Source: Macrostomum lignano (lineage: Eukaryota). Taken from it: a stretch of DNA of 64,000 nt. A program made the translations under genes and the position numbers. The notes beneath the pieces are model-generated. The model worked only from the letters and a program-made list of their open reading frames with translations. It was not told the origin of the DNA and did not search any database. The stretch lies in the NCBI GenBank assembly GCA_002269645.1, contig NIVC01003097.1, positions 1 to 64,000 on the forward strand, in the 5' to 3' direction. Of the stretch, positions 28,302 through 41,629 are shown piece after piece (position 1 is the first letter of the stretch; each line of letters begins with the position of its first letter).

Positions 28302-31300
28302 GTGCCGGAACATCAGTGTGTCCCTCAAATTGCACGAAGAGATGGAGTGAAAGCTTTGGGGCTCGACGCACTTCCAACTTCACTTAGGTCAGAAATTCTC
28401 AAACCAGAGCTGCTGCATCAAGTAGGAGCCAGCTGCAGAATGATGAAGCAAGTCAGCCGCCACTCGCCGTCGTCAAAGCCGGACACCCGGAACGAAGAGG
28501 CAGTACATGTAGAAGAACGCGTCATCTACTTTTCATTTTTCGTGCCGCACTCGCTCAAGCAGCTATTTAGCAATCCAAAGTCAGACAGGCGTATCTTGAA
28601 GATCGAGACGGACTGTCACTGCCTGTTCCGCCTGTCGCCGATGAAGCTGTCTCCCAGCAGCCCAGCGTCTCGGCGGATGCTACTGGTTGAAGCATTCCTA
28701 GATCAACAGTTGGGCAACTTTGACAGGTGCGAGAGCAAGCTCAGAGTGCTGTTGAGCAGAGCTGGCAGCGGATTCGAGCTGTACCGGTCTATCAACTTAA
28801 ACACCTTGCCGAATGGTGGCTGCGATTACCGCTGCTACTGTGCAACACCGGCGCCTCTCGTGGAGCAGTCGGACAATTCTCTGAGTGGTATTTCAACGGC
28901 GAGCTCCAGCGTCAGCCAGCTGCAGCTCAGCGGCACCGAGGGCGTCGCTAGACGGAGCCGGGAAAGCCTGGCAGCTTTCGTTTACCTGGAAGCCACCGCC
29001 GCTCTGCTAGAAGAAATCGCGGCGAGCAGCTGCGGCTCGACTGTTGAGGCCGCATTCTTTGCAGCTCTCGAAGAGGAACTGAGCTCGCAAATTTGGCACT
29101 GCTGCATTGACAGAACCGCTAGCGAATTGACTCAGTCCACAGCTCGGCAGCTGATTGATAAGGCCTGCCTAGTCAGCCAGGCAGCCTCTCGGCAGGTTGG
29201 CCTTCTGCTCGATTTGGCAGTCTTTGCTAAGCAGATCTGCAGCGAACTGCTCAATGACAATGCCACAGTTGTGTGGTCTGGCAGTGAGGTTCAGTCCAAT
29301 TTCAGCGCCGTCAGCAGTATCTGCAAAGTCTCGCTGAGCGAAGACGTCAGCACGGAGGCAGGCGTGACGTCGGCAGCTGAGAGCAGCATGCTGAGCGTCT
29401 CCGAGCTGCTGTTCGATGAAGTCTCAAAGAGCAGCCGTCAGACACCGAAGCCCGCACCGCGGATACGAACTTCAAAAAAGCAGAAAATAAAAGTCCTCGG
29501 CTCGCTGCTGGACCCGCTACTGGAAAACTGCTGCGCATTCGCTGCGGTGGAAGTCTGTCTTGAGTCGCTAGTGGAGCTGGTCTCCCAGCGGCTGGTGCTG
29601 CTGATGCACAGATCGAGCCGGACGGAGAATCAGTTCGAGTGTCGGGTGTTGAAATCTCTGGCGCGTTTTAATTTTGCACTGCGAGAGGCCACCTCGGAGC
29701 CGGACCTGACGGGCATTGTGAACAGATTCTTCAACTGCGTCGCCGACTGCTTGGCCAGCCCGGATGCGATCAGCGCTGGCCAGGTGACTGGCCTGGTGGC
29801 GGCCCTGCAGACGCCTCCAATGCACACCCACCTGAGCATCGCAAAAGACTCCGAAGGATGGCAGCTTCTGCGAAAAATGCGGGAGGCCTTCGAGCGAGCG
29901 GTCTGCGAACAGATGGAAAGCCTCCTGAGATGCGGCCGATCTCGGAGTAGCAAAAATGGCCAGGAGCAGAAGGACCTCAACGAAGCCTTCATAGCAGCCT
30001 GCTGCGACACATCAGCCGAACTTGACAGCCTGCCATCTGAGGCTGTAGAGCTGGAGGCGCATCAGCAGTCCCAAGAAACTCCAGTCATGCTGCTTCGTCG
30101 CAGTCAGCAGAATGTCGAACTGCTTCATAGCGATGAAGTGTCGGAGAGGCTGAGCGTCAAGTCCGAGCATGGCGAAGCCGGTCTGATTCTGAGCCAACCC
30201 GTGGACAGAGCATGGAGCGCTGTGGCCTGCAGTCCAGCCACGGTCTACGACAGCGTCGCAGTGTGGCAGGCCGCAACGCCAGTCAGATGCGAGGCCGGTG
30301 CCGCTGACGGCTTGCCCGGTGAAGACTCGCTCTCTGCGACTGTGCTCAGCATCGGTCACGCGAGTTTGACGTCAGTCGGTTTTGCCACAGTCAGCACGAC
30401 TAGCGCTGTCACTTCCGAGTCGGGACCGGGACTGCTGACATGCTGCACACTTTCAATAGGCTCGTTTGCCGGCGCACCCGTCATTCAGAACAATAAAGCA
30501 GCCTTGAGTTCGATTACTGAATGTTCACCGATATCGCTCGACAGTGTTGAGCTGCTGAGTCGAAGTGTTTGCCTTCATCGACCGCTACTGCCGCTGCGTG
30601 TTAGACAGCCGCTGTGGGTGGGTCGCCCGATCCGAGCCGCCGTCTCACCGCAGTTTTGCCGCCCCGACTGCTACGCTGCAAAGCTTTTGAAGTCGCCGGC
30701 TGCCTCACAGAGATCTGCTCGAGCGCTCGTAGCCACCTGTACTGTTCAGGCCCAAATCAGGCCGCTGCGCAACCGCTGCCACCCCTATTCGCAGCGGGCG
30801 ATTCTTGGTTTGCCCGAGTCGGCACCGAGCTTGAACTCGGATAGATACAGGCTGTCAACTGTGAGAATCGAACTCGCGCCTGTAGCGGCCACCTACCGGG
30901 CAAAAGTAGCGGATTTTGTTTCCATAGCTGCTGAGCCATCAGGCGCTTTCGATTCTTCTATGCGCGCAATTTCGTCTGCTGCGTCGCAGCGACTGTGCGG
31001 CAGTGCGGAGCCTGCGGAGTCAAACTGGCGATTGTGCGCGCCAGAGGGCGCCCTGGCCGTGGTGAGCGCAGTCCGCCAGGCACCAGCTTGGCACGGCGGC
31101 GGCGAACTTCCAGAATGCGGCTGGACGCGGCCGTCCGCTCGTTTGCGCCCGGCGCTAGCGGCGTCCACGGCGGCCCCACTGGCCCGGGCGTCCACGGCGG
31201 TGTGCCTGTCCGAGTCTCTCAGCACCGCTAGCGACTTCTTCTGCCAGGCGTCGGCCGCGGCATCAACAATCGGCGACACAACGTCGAGCAGCGCCGCCGA

Positions 31301-31547
31301 AGACCTGCTAGCGAATGCCGATTGCGGACTCGCCGTCTGCTGGTCCGGCCCGAGCTGGGCGACGGTGACTCGCATGCCGAGCAGCTCCCGCCGTGCTGGC
31401 GCCTTGCCCCGCGCTTCGATGCGGCGGCCAAGTCGTCGACGCCGACGAAGACGACGCCTCCTGCGACGAACCTGCCGCGCCAGCGACATTCACGACAATG
31501 GTGACAGCCTCCGCCGCGCTGACTGTGGTCTCCAACGCTGGAATTGA
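28302..31547 (+). CDS. Large uncharacterised ORF (1081 codons); start and 3' end uncertain
   Basis: 3.2-kb stop-free frame in non-repetitive GC-rich sequence with exon-like composition. First in-frame ATG is near 28440. No domain recognised. The 3' end appears to change frame near 31330-31430 (alternative frame open to 31710). Confidence 0.65.
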   Translation: MPEHQCVPQIARRDGVKALGLDALPTSLRSEILKPELLHQVGASCRMMKQVSRHSPSSKPDTRNEEAVHVEERVIYFSFFVPHSLKQLFSNPKSDRRILKIETDCHCLFRLSPMKLSPSSPASRRMLLVEAFLDQQLGNFDRCESKLRVLLSRAGSGFELYRSINLNTLPNGGCDYRCYCATPAPLVEQSDNSLSGISTASSSVSQLQLSGTEGVARRSRESLAAFVYLEATAALLEEIAASSCGSTVEAAFFAALEEELSSQIWHCCIDRTASELTQSTARQLIDKACLVSQAASRQVGLLLDLAVFAKQICSELLNDNATVVWSGSEVQSNFSAVSSICKVSLSEDVSTEAGVTSAAESSMLSVSELLFDEVSKSSRQTPKPAPRIRTSKKQKIKVLGSLLDPLLENCCAFAAVEVCLESLVELVSQRLVLLMHRSSRTENQFECRVLKSLARFNFALREATSEPDLTGIVNRFFNCVADCLASPDAISAGQVTGLVAALQTPPMHTHLSIAKDSEGWQLLRKMREAFERAVCEQMESLLRCGRSRSSKNGQEQKDLNEAFIAACCDTSAELDSLPSEAVELEAHQQSQETPVMLLRRSQQNVELLHSDEVSERLSVKSEHGEAGLILSQPVDRAWSAVACSPATVYDSVAVWQAATPVRCEAGAADGLPGEDSLSATVLSIGHASLTSVGFATVSTTSAVTSESGPGLLTCCTLSIGSFAGAPVIQNNKAALSSITECSPISLDSVELLSRSVCLHRPLLPLRVRQPLWVGRPIRAAVSPQFCRPDCYAAKLLKSPAASQRSARALVATCTVQAQIRPLRNRCHPYSQRAILGLPESAPSLNSDRYRLSTVRIELAPVAATYRAKVADFVSIAAEPSGAFDSSMRAISSAASQRLCGSAEPAESNWRLCAPEGALAVVSAVRQAPAWHGGGELPECGWTRPSARLRPALAASTAAPLARASTAVCLSESLSTASDFFCQASAAASTIGDTTSSSAAEDLLANADCGLAVCWSGPSWATVTRMPSSSRRAGALPRASMRRPSRRRRRRRRLLRRTCRASDIHDNGDSLRRADCGLQRWN

Positions 31548-32407
31548 ATCGTTCGTTCTGGTGCCCGACAGTTCGCGCTGCGGTTCGACGAATCAGCGGC
31601 TGGAGCTGCCGCGGCTCCGCCTGCAGCGGCTCGGGCAAGCCGACGGGGTCCTGGGTTCGATGCTGAGCGGCGGGCTAGGCGCTTTGGATGGAGTTTTGAC
31701 AATCAAATGAATTCATTGAAGTGAGCTGTGCAGTGCCGCGCTGTTCCATTTTTAAACTCTATATATAGCTATCAGTATATATTTTCCTACCTAGACTAGC
31801 CTAGTAAACCCTGTGTGTTCATTTTCTGTTTAGCCAGCTTATATTAAGTACAAGTGAGAACTAATTTTTGTAATTGTTCAACTCAGTTTCGACACCCGGT
31901 TTCCCGACAGGGACTTTAGGCTCAGCGGTTGAGTTTGAGGTTTCTGTTCTAAGAAATTCTGTTCTTAGTCGCTTTGTTCGATAAAATTTCTGCGCAGCAG
32001 CAGGTGTGTCTAAGCTTCCGTGCTCTCTGAGAAATACAAAGACCCGTATGTGATATTTTCCTAGAAATGCTAGTTTTATTTTCGTAACGACTTTAAATGA
32101 AAAGTCAAGGTAGAAATGTACTGACGGTCTCCATTTATTCTTCTGTCAATGAGTAAACTCCCTTAGTTTGGTTTGCTTCCTACGATGTTGGTCCATACCG
32201 ACCCAAACCCTACATACATACCTGAGCCATACCATACCTACCAGCATTGGTATTTGTCTACCTACTAACCCAAATGTGACTATGTACCTATATATATGAT
32301 CCCTATCCCTAAGCTACCTACATCCAATATACTAAAAAAGAGTTGTCTGTAGGTATGCGATAGATTCAAGAAAAAACAGTTCAATAAACTTGTACCTACC
32401 TCACTAA

Positions 32408-32944
32408 CTACCTACCTACCTACCTACCTACCTACCTACCTACCTACCTACCTACCTACCTACCTACCTACCTACCTACCTATCTACCTGAATAAATAAA
32501 TACAGCAATACCTCCATACATACATACATACATACCTACATACATACATACATACATACATACATACATACATACATACATACATACATACATACATACA
32601 TACATACATACATACATACATACATACATACATACATACATACATACATACATACATACATAACATACACACATAGCATGCATACATACCTCGCAATAGA
32701 CTTTATTCAAAATCCTTCCTATGCACCATTGTTAATTAAATCGCAAGCAAGCAGGTGCAAATAAATATTCTAAAAAAGGTAATATAATTAATCTACACAA
32801 GCCAGATCCGCATTCTGTGAGACACCGCAGACAATGGAATGCTCTTTGAATGGCTGTATCCCCTTGGGGGTGGGGGTGCAGACAACCAACTCCCCAGCTA
32901 TACGGGAAAAGCCAAAAACACCGGACGGAAGGCCCAGTGCGGCC

Positions 32945-33021
<77 letters not shown>
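32408..33021. repeat. Microsatellite cluster: (CTAC)n 32408-32482, (CATA)n 32516-32662, (GA)n 32948-33021
   Basis: Direct inspection. Confidence 0.95.
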
Positions 33022-33025
<4 letters not shown>

Positions 33026-33362
33026 GGGGTCGGTCGTTAAGCTGTAAGAATTAACTCAAATCCCATGCATAATGCAGAGCTTGTGCTCAGATGTGGTGCC
33101 AACCCGCTTTAAAGTCTCGGCCGACGTGCCGTCCCAGCCTCACGCAGCGTCTCTGACTCCAGCCATGCAGCCGCAGCGCCCGGCCAACTCAAAGTGAGTC
33201 AATTTCTTTATACTGTGCACTGCTACGTCTCTACCTCTTATCTACCCAACTTTCAAAAAGTACGATTCGAATTTGTGTGAAAGGATGAGAGCGCTTTCTG
33301 AGCACTTTCTAAGCCAACTGATCTTAATTTCTAGCCAACCTCTTGGACAGAGCATCCTTTAC

Positions 33363-33750
33363 CAAGAGACAGTGGCGCCCATTAAGAGACAGTGGCGCCC
33401 GCTAAGAGACAGTGGCGCCCATTAAGAGACAGTGGCGCCCATTAAGAGACAGTGGCGCCCATTAAGAGACAGTGGCGCCCATTAAGAGACAGTGGCGCCC
33501 GCTAAGAGACAGTGGTGCCCGCTAAGAGACAGTGGCGCCCGCTAAGAGGCAGTGGCGCCCGCTAAGAGACAGTGGCGCCCGCTAAGAGACAGTGGCGCCC
33601 GCTAAGAGACAGTGGCGCCCGCTAAGAGACAGTGGCGCCCGCTAAGAGACAGTGGCGCCCGCTAAGAGACAGTGGCGCCCGCTAAGAGACAGTGGCGCCC
33701 GCTAAGAGACAGTGGCGCCCGCTAAGAGACAGTGGCGCCCGCTAAGAGGC
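33363..33750. repeat. 20-bp minisatellite (CTAAGAGACAGTGGCGCCCG)n
   Basis: About 19 units, with ATT and GCT variants. Confidence 0.95.
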
Positions 33751-33919
33751 AGCATGGCGTCCACTGCACAGATAATGAATGTTCCGAATTCAAGGTATTA
33801 AATAGGGCTTTGCGAGACGATTAATTACAAGTGCAAACCCTTAAAAGTGCATTGTAAAGGTGATTAAAGCTGTCATTTAATCAATAAATTTGCTTGTTTA
33901 CCACCAGCTTCCAGTTAGT

Positions 33920-34185
33920 AGCATTCTTCGCAAATCAAAGTGCGCTGCGGGCACCTTGGCGCAACGACTTCGCGATATCGTCCCACAAGCAGCGCTAAGG
34001 CAATTCTGCCCATTCCGCAGACTTCTGAGCACACACAAGCGCGCCAATACTGTACGCAGACACGCATTCATGCACTCGCTCACACTGGGTGTACACACAG
34101 GGCCCTTTGACTTCCTAATCGTCCGGCATGCACACTCTCTGTGCCTCGGGGGTTGGCTCTCACGGGTGTGTGAATCGCAAGAGAA
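33920..34185 (-). mobile_element. Dispersed repeat family X, copy 3 (longest)
   Basis: Its reverse complement contains the segments found in both other copies. Confidence 0.7.
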
Positions 34186-34267
34186 CAATGCACAGAGTGT
34201 TAATTCCCATAACTATCTGCAACTCTAGATACGGGCACAGAAAAACATCTTCACAATAATTAATTAG

Positions 34268-34973
34268 GTTATGGGCCACTGGTCCAGTATCGCAGCAGCA
34301 GCAGCAACAGCAGTGCAGAGCCTCAGAAGCGTTGGCAGGTGTCCGCTACCTCACCTGGCTGGAGACCCTGGCCTGCGCCTCCGCAGGCGCCGGTTATCAG
34401 CGCCGGCGCCGCCTCCGCTATCAGGGCAGCGCCACCGTTTGGCGCTCCAGCGACTGGGGCGGCGGCAACGCGCTGCTGTCCAAGAGGCCGGGCCGCTGCT
34501 ACCAGAGCTGCCTGTCGCTAGGCCCCGCCGCGGAGGACTTGGCCACAGCCAGCCTGCGCTACCGGCGCCCCGAGTCGCCATTAGCGCCGGCTCCGGCGCC
34601 GCCACTGGGACCGGCGCTGCCGCTGCCGCCGCCGGAGGGTCGCATCGGAGCACGCCGTTCGTTCTGGACCAATTCAAACGGCGCCCTCGTCCTGCGCCGA
34701 TGCGCCGCCATCGAGGGCAGTCAGTTGCAGCCGCCGCCGCGCCTGACCGAATACCAGAAGCCGCCGCCGCCGCCGGAGGAGCTGTCGATGACGTCATCAC
34801 TTGTGGGCATCCCGGACGGTTGCTCGCAGCCGGACCTGCAGCTGGCCTGGCCGCCACGAAAGCCGCTGCCCTGGACAACTGAGCTGCCGCTAGAGACGCT
34901 TGGCTGCGCCGAGAAAGTCCGGCAATGGCTGGGCAAAGATGGCCGGGTTTCGGCCCGGGCGGAGGCCAAGTAA
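34268..34973 (+). CDS. Possible terminal exon of an unidentified gene (polyQ, Pro-rich, ...CAEKVRQWL...)
   Basis: GC-rich island in AT-rich flanks. Candidate acceptors aattag|G (34268) and ggcag|GT (34339). The frame of ORF 34332-34973 is open from 34269. No homology recognised. Confidence 0.4.
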
Positions 34974-36029
34974 AGTTCGAAATGCACCGGCGGTTCACTT
35001 TGCACTGGGGTTTCGCCATAGACAAATCCGGTTGAGAAAAAATACAGTTCAGTCTTTAAAAAGTCGAGAAGTCTGTTTTCGTAACTATTTTTGAGTTTGT
35101 TTTTTAAAAGTACACAAAGAAAAGTACACAAAAGTACCTGTCTGAGATATGAGTATTACTGTACCCGTAGGTCCACGAGATTTTCCCGCAATGTTTTTTT
35201 CCTGAAGCGTATTTAGCCACGCGGAAGATTTTTCTGCGTTGCCTCCCAATGCTTAGTAAGGGTTAATAAAGAGTTTAGACTTTAGGGGACAAAGTGACAT
35301 GACGCATGTATGAATTAATATGTATATGGCAATAAAAACCTACAAGAAAAATATTCATTTGATTAACAGTTACCATCGAACCATTTTGATCGGATAAATC
35401 TCTTCAATAAAACTTGTGAAGTGTACACTGCTTGCGTATAACTGAGTGTACTGTGTACGTTTAGTAATGCATAGCTATGTACATCCTTTCGGATATATGA
35501 GGTGGGGTTGTTGCAGTCTTGCGCGACCCCCAAATATATATAATCAATCCTGCACGTCTTAGCAGTTTGCAAGGCTTGTTAAGCACCGCGGGAAAATCTC
35601 GGCGGGCAATTCTCGTGCTCCCCTGTACGACGTACATGTATTTCTCATCTGTATGCATAATTTTCAATACATTATACTTCGTATGCTACGTAAATCTATG
35701 TTGATTATCAAACTGGACTACTATTAGTAGCTTTTATTTGTTGTTAAGTTTCTGTAAACTAATTCATGCATCATCAAATGCCTGAATGTGAATTACGGGA
35801 GTTGTACTTTTTCCGAGGCGTCAGAATTCCTACCCAAAAAATGGGCTGTCTAATTAATTGAAAAGCTGTAAAAATATCCCACTAGCATTTATGTCCCTAT
35901 GCGATGCCAAGCAGAGTTTTAATCCCATAGTGGCTGCTGCTGACTGGATTATAGACACGGATTAAACGTTCTAAATATGACCGGTTTTAAATCTACCACC
36001 AATGTATCAACCAACTACTGTACCAATGC

Positions 36030-36715
36030 TCTATGATCTTCTCTACCGATACTCTATGAACTATTCTACCGATACTCTATGATCTTCTCTACCGATACTC
36101 TATGAACTACTCTACCGATACTCTATGAACTATTCTACCGATACTCTATGATCTTCTCTACCGATACTCTATGATCTTCTCTACCAATACTCTATGATCT
36201 TCTCTACCGATACTCTATGATCTTCTCTACCGATACTCTATGAACTATTCTACCGATACTCTATGATCTTCTCTACCGATACTCTATGAACTACTCTACC
36301 GATACTCTATGAACTATTCTACCGATACTCTATGATCTTCTCTACCGATACTCTATGATCTTCTCTACCAATACTCTATGATCTTCTCTACCGATACTCT
36401 ATGATCTTCTCTACCAATACTCTATGATCTTCTCTACCGATACTCTATGATCTTCTCTACCAATACTCTATGATCTTCTCTACCGATACTCTATGATCTT
36501 CTCTACCGATACTCTATGATCTTCTCTACCGATACTCTATGATCTTCTCTACCAATACTCTATGATCTTCTCTACCGATACTCTATGATCTTCTCTACCA
36601 ATACTCTATGATCTTCTCTACCGATACTCTATGATCTTCTCTACCGATACTCTATGAACTACTCTACCGATACTCTATGAACTATTCTACCGATACTCTA
36701 TGAACTACTCTACAT
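36030..36715. repeat. 23-bp minisatellite (CTCTATGATCTTCTCTACCGATA)n
   Basis: About 30 units. Confidence 0.95.
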
Positions 36716-37529
36716 ATCCTCAGCACACAGAGTCCCAGTCGTTTAGTACAGTTCAGTGGATGTCAGGAAATTTTCTGACGCTATTGGACGGCGCTCAGTG
36801 AGGACTTTTCCCCATTTTTTACAATAGTACAGAGGTCCAGAGTAGGATTTTATCCAGCTGCAAAAAATCTGGGTTGGATCGGACTTAGCCTATTTTTTTT
36901 CTCCATTTTCCTACTGACGTGATTACCTGGTCGCCTACTGTAGAATCTGATTCTACTAAGTGAAGATCAGTCTACACCTGTCACTATATATTTCGCACTC
37001 TTGTGCTAGGTGATCACATTAGTGTCACAAATCAATTACTCGTACATCTCTGATTTAATCTACACAGATTCGTGTCTGTCTCTTTCTTATGTAATGCAGT
37101 CAGCTCGCAGGGGGGGGCTTCAGGCTCGCAAATCCGGGCCCTGACTTTCTCAACGTCAGGCACGTGATCCATTTGAGGACTTTGACGGTTGTCCCTCAAA
37201 TTAATGTAGCCTTTGCTAGGATTCGAACTCAGGAACTAAAAGCTGCCCCAGTCTTGCTAATTCCGCGGTTGAGTGGTCTTTGGGTAGCTATGAGAAAGCT
37301 GGCGCACGTATGTTTTCATTTTATTGACTGTTAACACTTCAAGAACTTTCAAAGAAATGAGGCTTCAATTTGAGCAGCTCAAACAGAGCAGCAAAGTTGG
37401 TTTTGAATAATGCAGAGCGGCTGAGCTAAAATTGTTATTTGATTGATGCAGACACTGCTAAATCTACTTGAAATTTTCTAATGCTATGCTAGCTAATCAA
37501 ACTTTATGACAGTTTTGCTGTCCATAAGG

Positions 37530-37990
37530 GCTCGCATCCTGTGGATTCACATCAGTCTTTGGGTGTCGATCCATATCTATCGATCGATCGATGGTCATAT
37601 TAATCTTTGGAGGAGTCACATCGGTCATATCAGTCTTTGGATCTTTGGATGGGGGTGTTTGGAAGGTCAAAGCGGGGTCACACCAGTCTTCGAGAGGTCA
37701 TAGTATTCTTTGGGATTTTTGGGAGGTCACACCAGTCCAAGTCATATGGGTTTGGAAGGTCAAATCAGTCTTTTCGGGATCACGCCAGTATTTGGGAGGT
37801 CACACCAGTATTTGGGAGGTCACACCAGTATTTGGGAGGTCACACCAGTATTTGGGAGGTCACACCAGTATTTGGGAGGTCACACCAGTATTTGGGAGGT
37901 CACACCAGTATTTGGGAGGTCACACCAGTATTTGGGAGGTCACACCAGTATTTGGGAGGTCACACCAGTATTTGGGAGGTCACACCAGTA
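37530..37990. repeat. 20-bp minisatellite (CACACCAGTATTTGGGAGGT)n, homogeneous 37790-37990 and degenerate upstream
   Basis: Direct inspection. Confidence 0.9.
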
Positions 37991-38112
37991 GTTGGGTGAG
38001 GAGCCAATCAGAGGGGTACAGGCAAATCAACAATAGCAATTGTTGAGGAAAAACAATACTAAACCATCAAATGATTGTCCGCCTGGAGGAGTTCATCACC
38101 AGCAGAAGCAGG

Positions 38113-38946
38113 CTAGTCGCGGCCTCCAGGCGGCAGTTGCCTTGGCAACCGTGAGTACTCCGGCTGGCAGACGCACAGAGTATTTCGCCTTGCCTGGGCG
38201 GCGGCCGAGTCCATCGAATGTATCCTGGCTGCTGCAGTCGCCGCCTCCGCCTGACGGCGATTCGGACCGGCACTGGCGGCGGCGCCAGGTCGGGATCCAG
38301 CGGCGCCGCCGCCACCGCCTCCTCTGGCGGTTGAGCGGCAACGGGCGAATCTAAGCATCGCTTTCTTGTACTCCTTGTTCATGAAGCAGTAGAACAAAGG
38401 ATTCAACAGCGCGTTCATGTAGCTCAGAATCCAGAACAGCACGTAGATGGAATCGGTCTTGCGCACGCTGGTGGCCCCGGTGGCGATCATGTTCTCGATC
38501 ACCTGCCACGGCATGTTGGCCAGCAGGAAGGCCGCCAGCACGCAGGTCACCATGCGGAACGACTTAACTAGCCGGCTAGCCAGCGTGCCGCCGCCAATGC
38601 CGCCTCGACGTCCGCCGGCGCCGACCGACAGAGTCTGGCAGCTGCCGCCGAGGGAGCGAAGGTCGACGGCGGAGCTCGGCGGGCGCAGCGTCAGCCTCGA
38701 AGGACTGGAGGGCTGCAACAGCGATGCACTTTGCTGCCTCTGATCTGCGGCACCCGAGCTGCTTCTGGCGGCCGCGGCGGCTGCAGTGGTGGAGGCGGCC
38801 GCGGCGGCGGCGGTTGCGGCTTCTCTGGACGATGATCCAGACGACAGGATCGGCGTTGGCTCGTCGTCTTCCACCTCGGCGTCCAGCTGGGACGGAGTCT
38901 GGCGCAGAGGACGACCGCCTCGGCCCGGGCGGCTCTCGCTGGCGCC
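38113..38946 (-). CDS. Muscarinic-like class A GPCR, exon 2 (ICL3, TM6, TM7, C-tail)
   Basis: Minus-strand acceptor catcgcag|GGC, phase 0. TM6 VTCVLAAFLLANMPWQV, TM7 SYMNALLNPLFY (NPxxY), helix 8 NKEYKKAM. Confidence 0.88.
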   Translation of the reverse strand, partial: GASESRPGRGGRPLRQTPSQLDAEVEDDEPTPILSSGSSSREAATAAAAAASTTAAAAAARSSSGAADQRQQSASLLQPSSPSRLTLRPPSSAVDLRSLGGSCQTLSVGAGGRRGGIGGGTLASRLVKSFRMVTCVLAAFLLANMPWQVIENMIATGATSVRKTDSIYVLFWILSYMNALLNPLFYCFMNKEYKKAMLRFARCRSTARGGGGGGAAGSRPGAAASAGPNRRQAEAATAAARIHSMDSAAAQARRNTLCVCQPEYSRLPRQLPPGGRD

Positions 38947-39689
38947 CTGCGATGTTGCGTTGCGTTAAAGCAGAAATTTGGACTTTGAGATTTTAATATA
39001 ACTTTATTAATGATTAGCTAGTTCGCAGGAGTGACTTTTACGAGTACAAGCACTGACCTCCTCTGACCTAGCTCCGCCCGTTCTCCCATACTTTGAATGT
39101 CTCTAAAGGACGGTGAGAACTGCTTGACAATGTGCCGGTTTTAAATTGAGAAATTTGAGAAACAATTTTAAACTCTTCCAAGAACTTTTACTTCCCCAGT
39201 TCCAAAATCAAGTTTTAGTCAGTCGAAATGCCGAGCCTTTGACATACTATTCCGAAGTTAGTTGAGTGCAGCCCGATGCCAGCTTAGATGCTCAAACTTT
39301 AGAAAGTCTTGATGATTGATTCGATTATTGCAAGTCTGATTGCCCTGCATGCGGCTGCGGTAAGACTTCGGGCGGAGTTTCTCCGAATCTATTTATAAGC
39401 ATAGCAAAGTCTGCTAGCACCGGAGTAATCAGTTCTGCTTCAATAGAGAATGAATGCTCGCTTTTCGGTAAAGAGCAGAATTTCAATCTGCTTCCGCCTG
39501 AGTTCCGGCTCTCTTTGTCCCTATATGCGTTCTAAAAGTGCCCATTAGGGGAAAAGGCCAGTCTCCTTCTCAGGTTTTTCTCAACTTCATCAGCTTGAGC
39601 AAGTAGGTGGAGAAGGGGTCCCCTGCCCTCGCTGCCGACCTCCTAATTGCTTTTGTGAATCCTTCATCACAACAAATTCTTTTTGGTTA

Positions 39690-40350
<661 letters not shown>

Positions 40351-41629
40351 ACCATTCTGCTATGTAACCGCTGGCATGGGCATCTACTTGAGCCTCAAAG
40401 ATCTGATCTAACAGAAGTTTGCCAAAGCATACTGGTAATGCATCAGAGCAGTCAGTGAGGAAGCTACAAAAGAGACTATAGACTGGAGACTCAACTCTGC
40501 ATTTTTCTTAGCAAAGAACTGCCCACTATAGCTTAGACAACTAAAAATAGGATCACGGATAGCGGTGACGGCCAACAATTGCAGTGGCACTTTGTAGCAC
40601 CCTATGCAATTCACACTGCCACATCACTTTATGCACCATACTATACCAAGCTGTTATACAGAGTAGCTCAAAGGTTGACGCGTCCAATTCTCCGCGGTTT
40701 ATAGAATCTGTGACCTAGACCGCTGGCTTATAAGAGCGCCGCGCTAGACCACTAGGCTACGACCCCCTGTCTGTCGGGCAGCATCTGCGCCTGTTAATAA
40801 TAGCCTTAGACCCATTAACGCCCATTAATTGAGCGGCAGAAAAAGCAAGAGAAGCAGTTGATACAACGAAGCTGTCTATGGCCAAAATTCAACTATAACT
40901 GGCCGCAAACTTTTGAGGCATAAACAAAATAGTCTATGGTATTGGATGGGGGCTCCGCCCCACGTCCGGAAGACTCCGCCCCCGCAACCGGTCCCTCACT
41001 CTCTAAGTGTAGCTTAAGTAGAAGATAAAGCACGCTTTTCCGGGCAATATTTTTTTAGGGCCCGAGAGCCGCGGGGGGGTGTGGGGGGCAGCAGTCCCTT
41101 CACATTTGGCAACCCCTACAACAACAACTCGAGGGGAGGGGGTGCGCCAGAAAAATAGCATGCTCTCATATAGAGCATGTACCAGGTATATATATCCCAT
41201 AGACAAATGGTCGAAAATTGAAAAATAAAGCCCGCAACTTGACTAACTGCCTGAAATAGCGGGCAATATAAGGCTCACACCATGCTCTATGCTAAAATAA
41301 GTACGCTCGTAGTATGGCATGATGCAAGTGAGTAATTCGCATGTTGTCTATGGCCCAAACCCATCTGTCCTATATGCGACCTCAACCCCCTTTCTAACTT
41401 TCTTTCTCCATACACTTTTGCACAAACCTACGTTTCTTATTTTTCGTACTTAATCAGAATTCAATCTTAGCAGCGGAAGTAAACAAACTTAAGAAGTAAA
41501 AGTGCACAATTTAACAATTTTTCTAAATTGCTTATAAAAAAATTTTTAGCCAGCTAATTAAGAAATCCAATAAGCATCTATACTTTTTTCAAGCAAATAT
41601 TGTTCAAGTAGGAACGGACGGCAGGGCCA

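Noticed and set aside
40690-40767. tRNA-like sequence on the minus strand (GGGGTCGTAGCCTAGTGGTCTAGCGC...)
   Set aside because: It has a good A box, but the D and anticodon stems pair poorly and there is no T-arm/B box. At most it is a decayed tRNA-derived SINE head.
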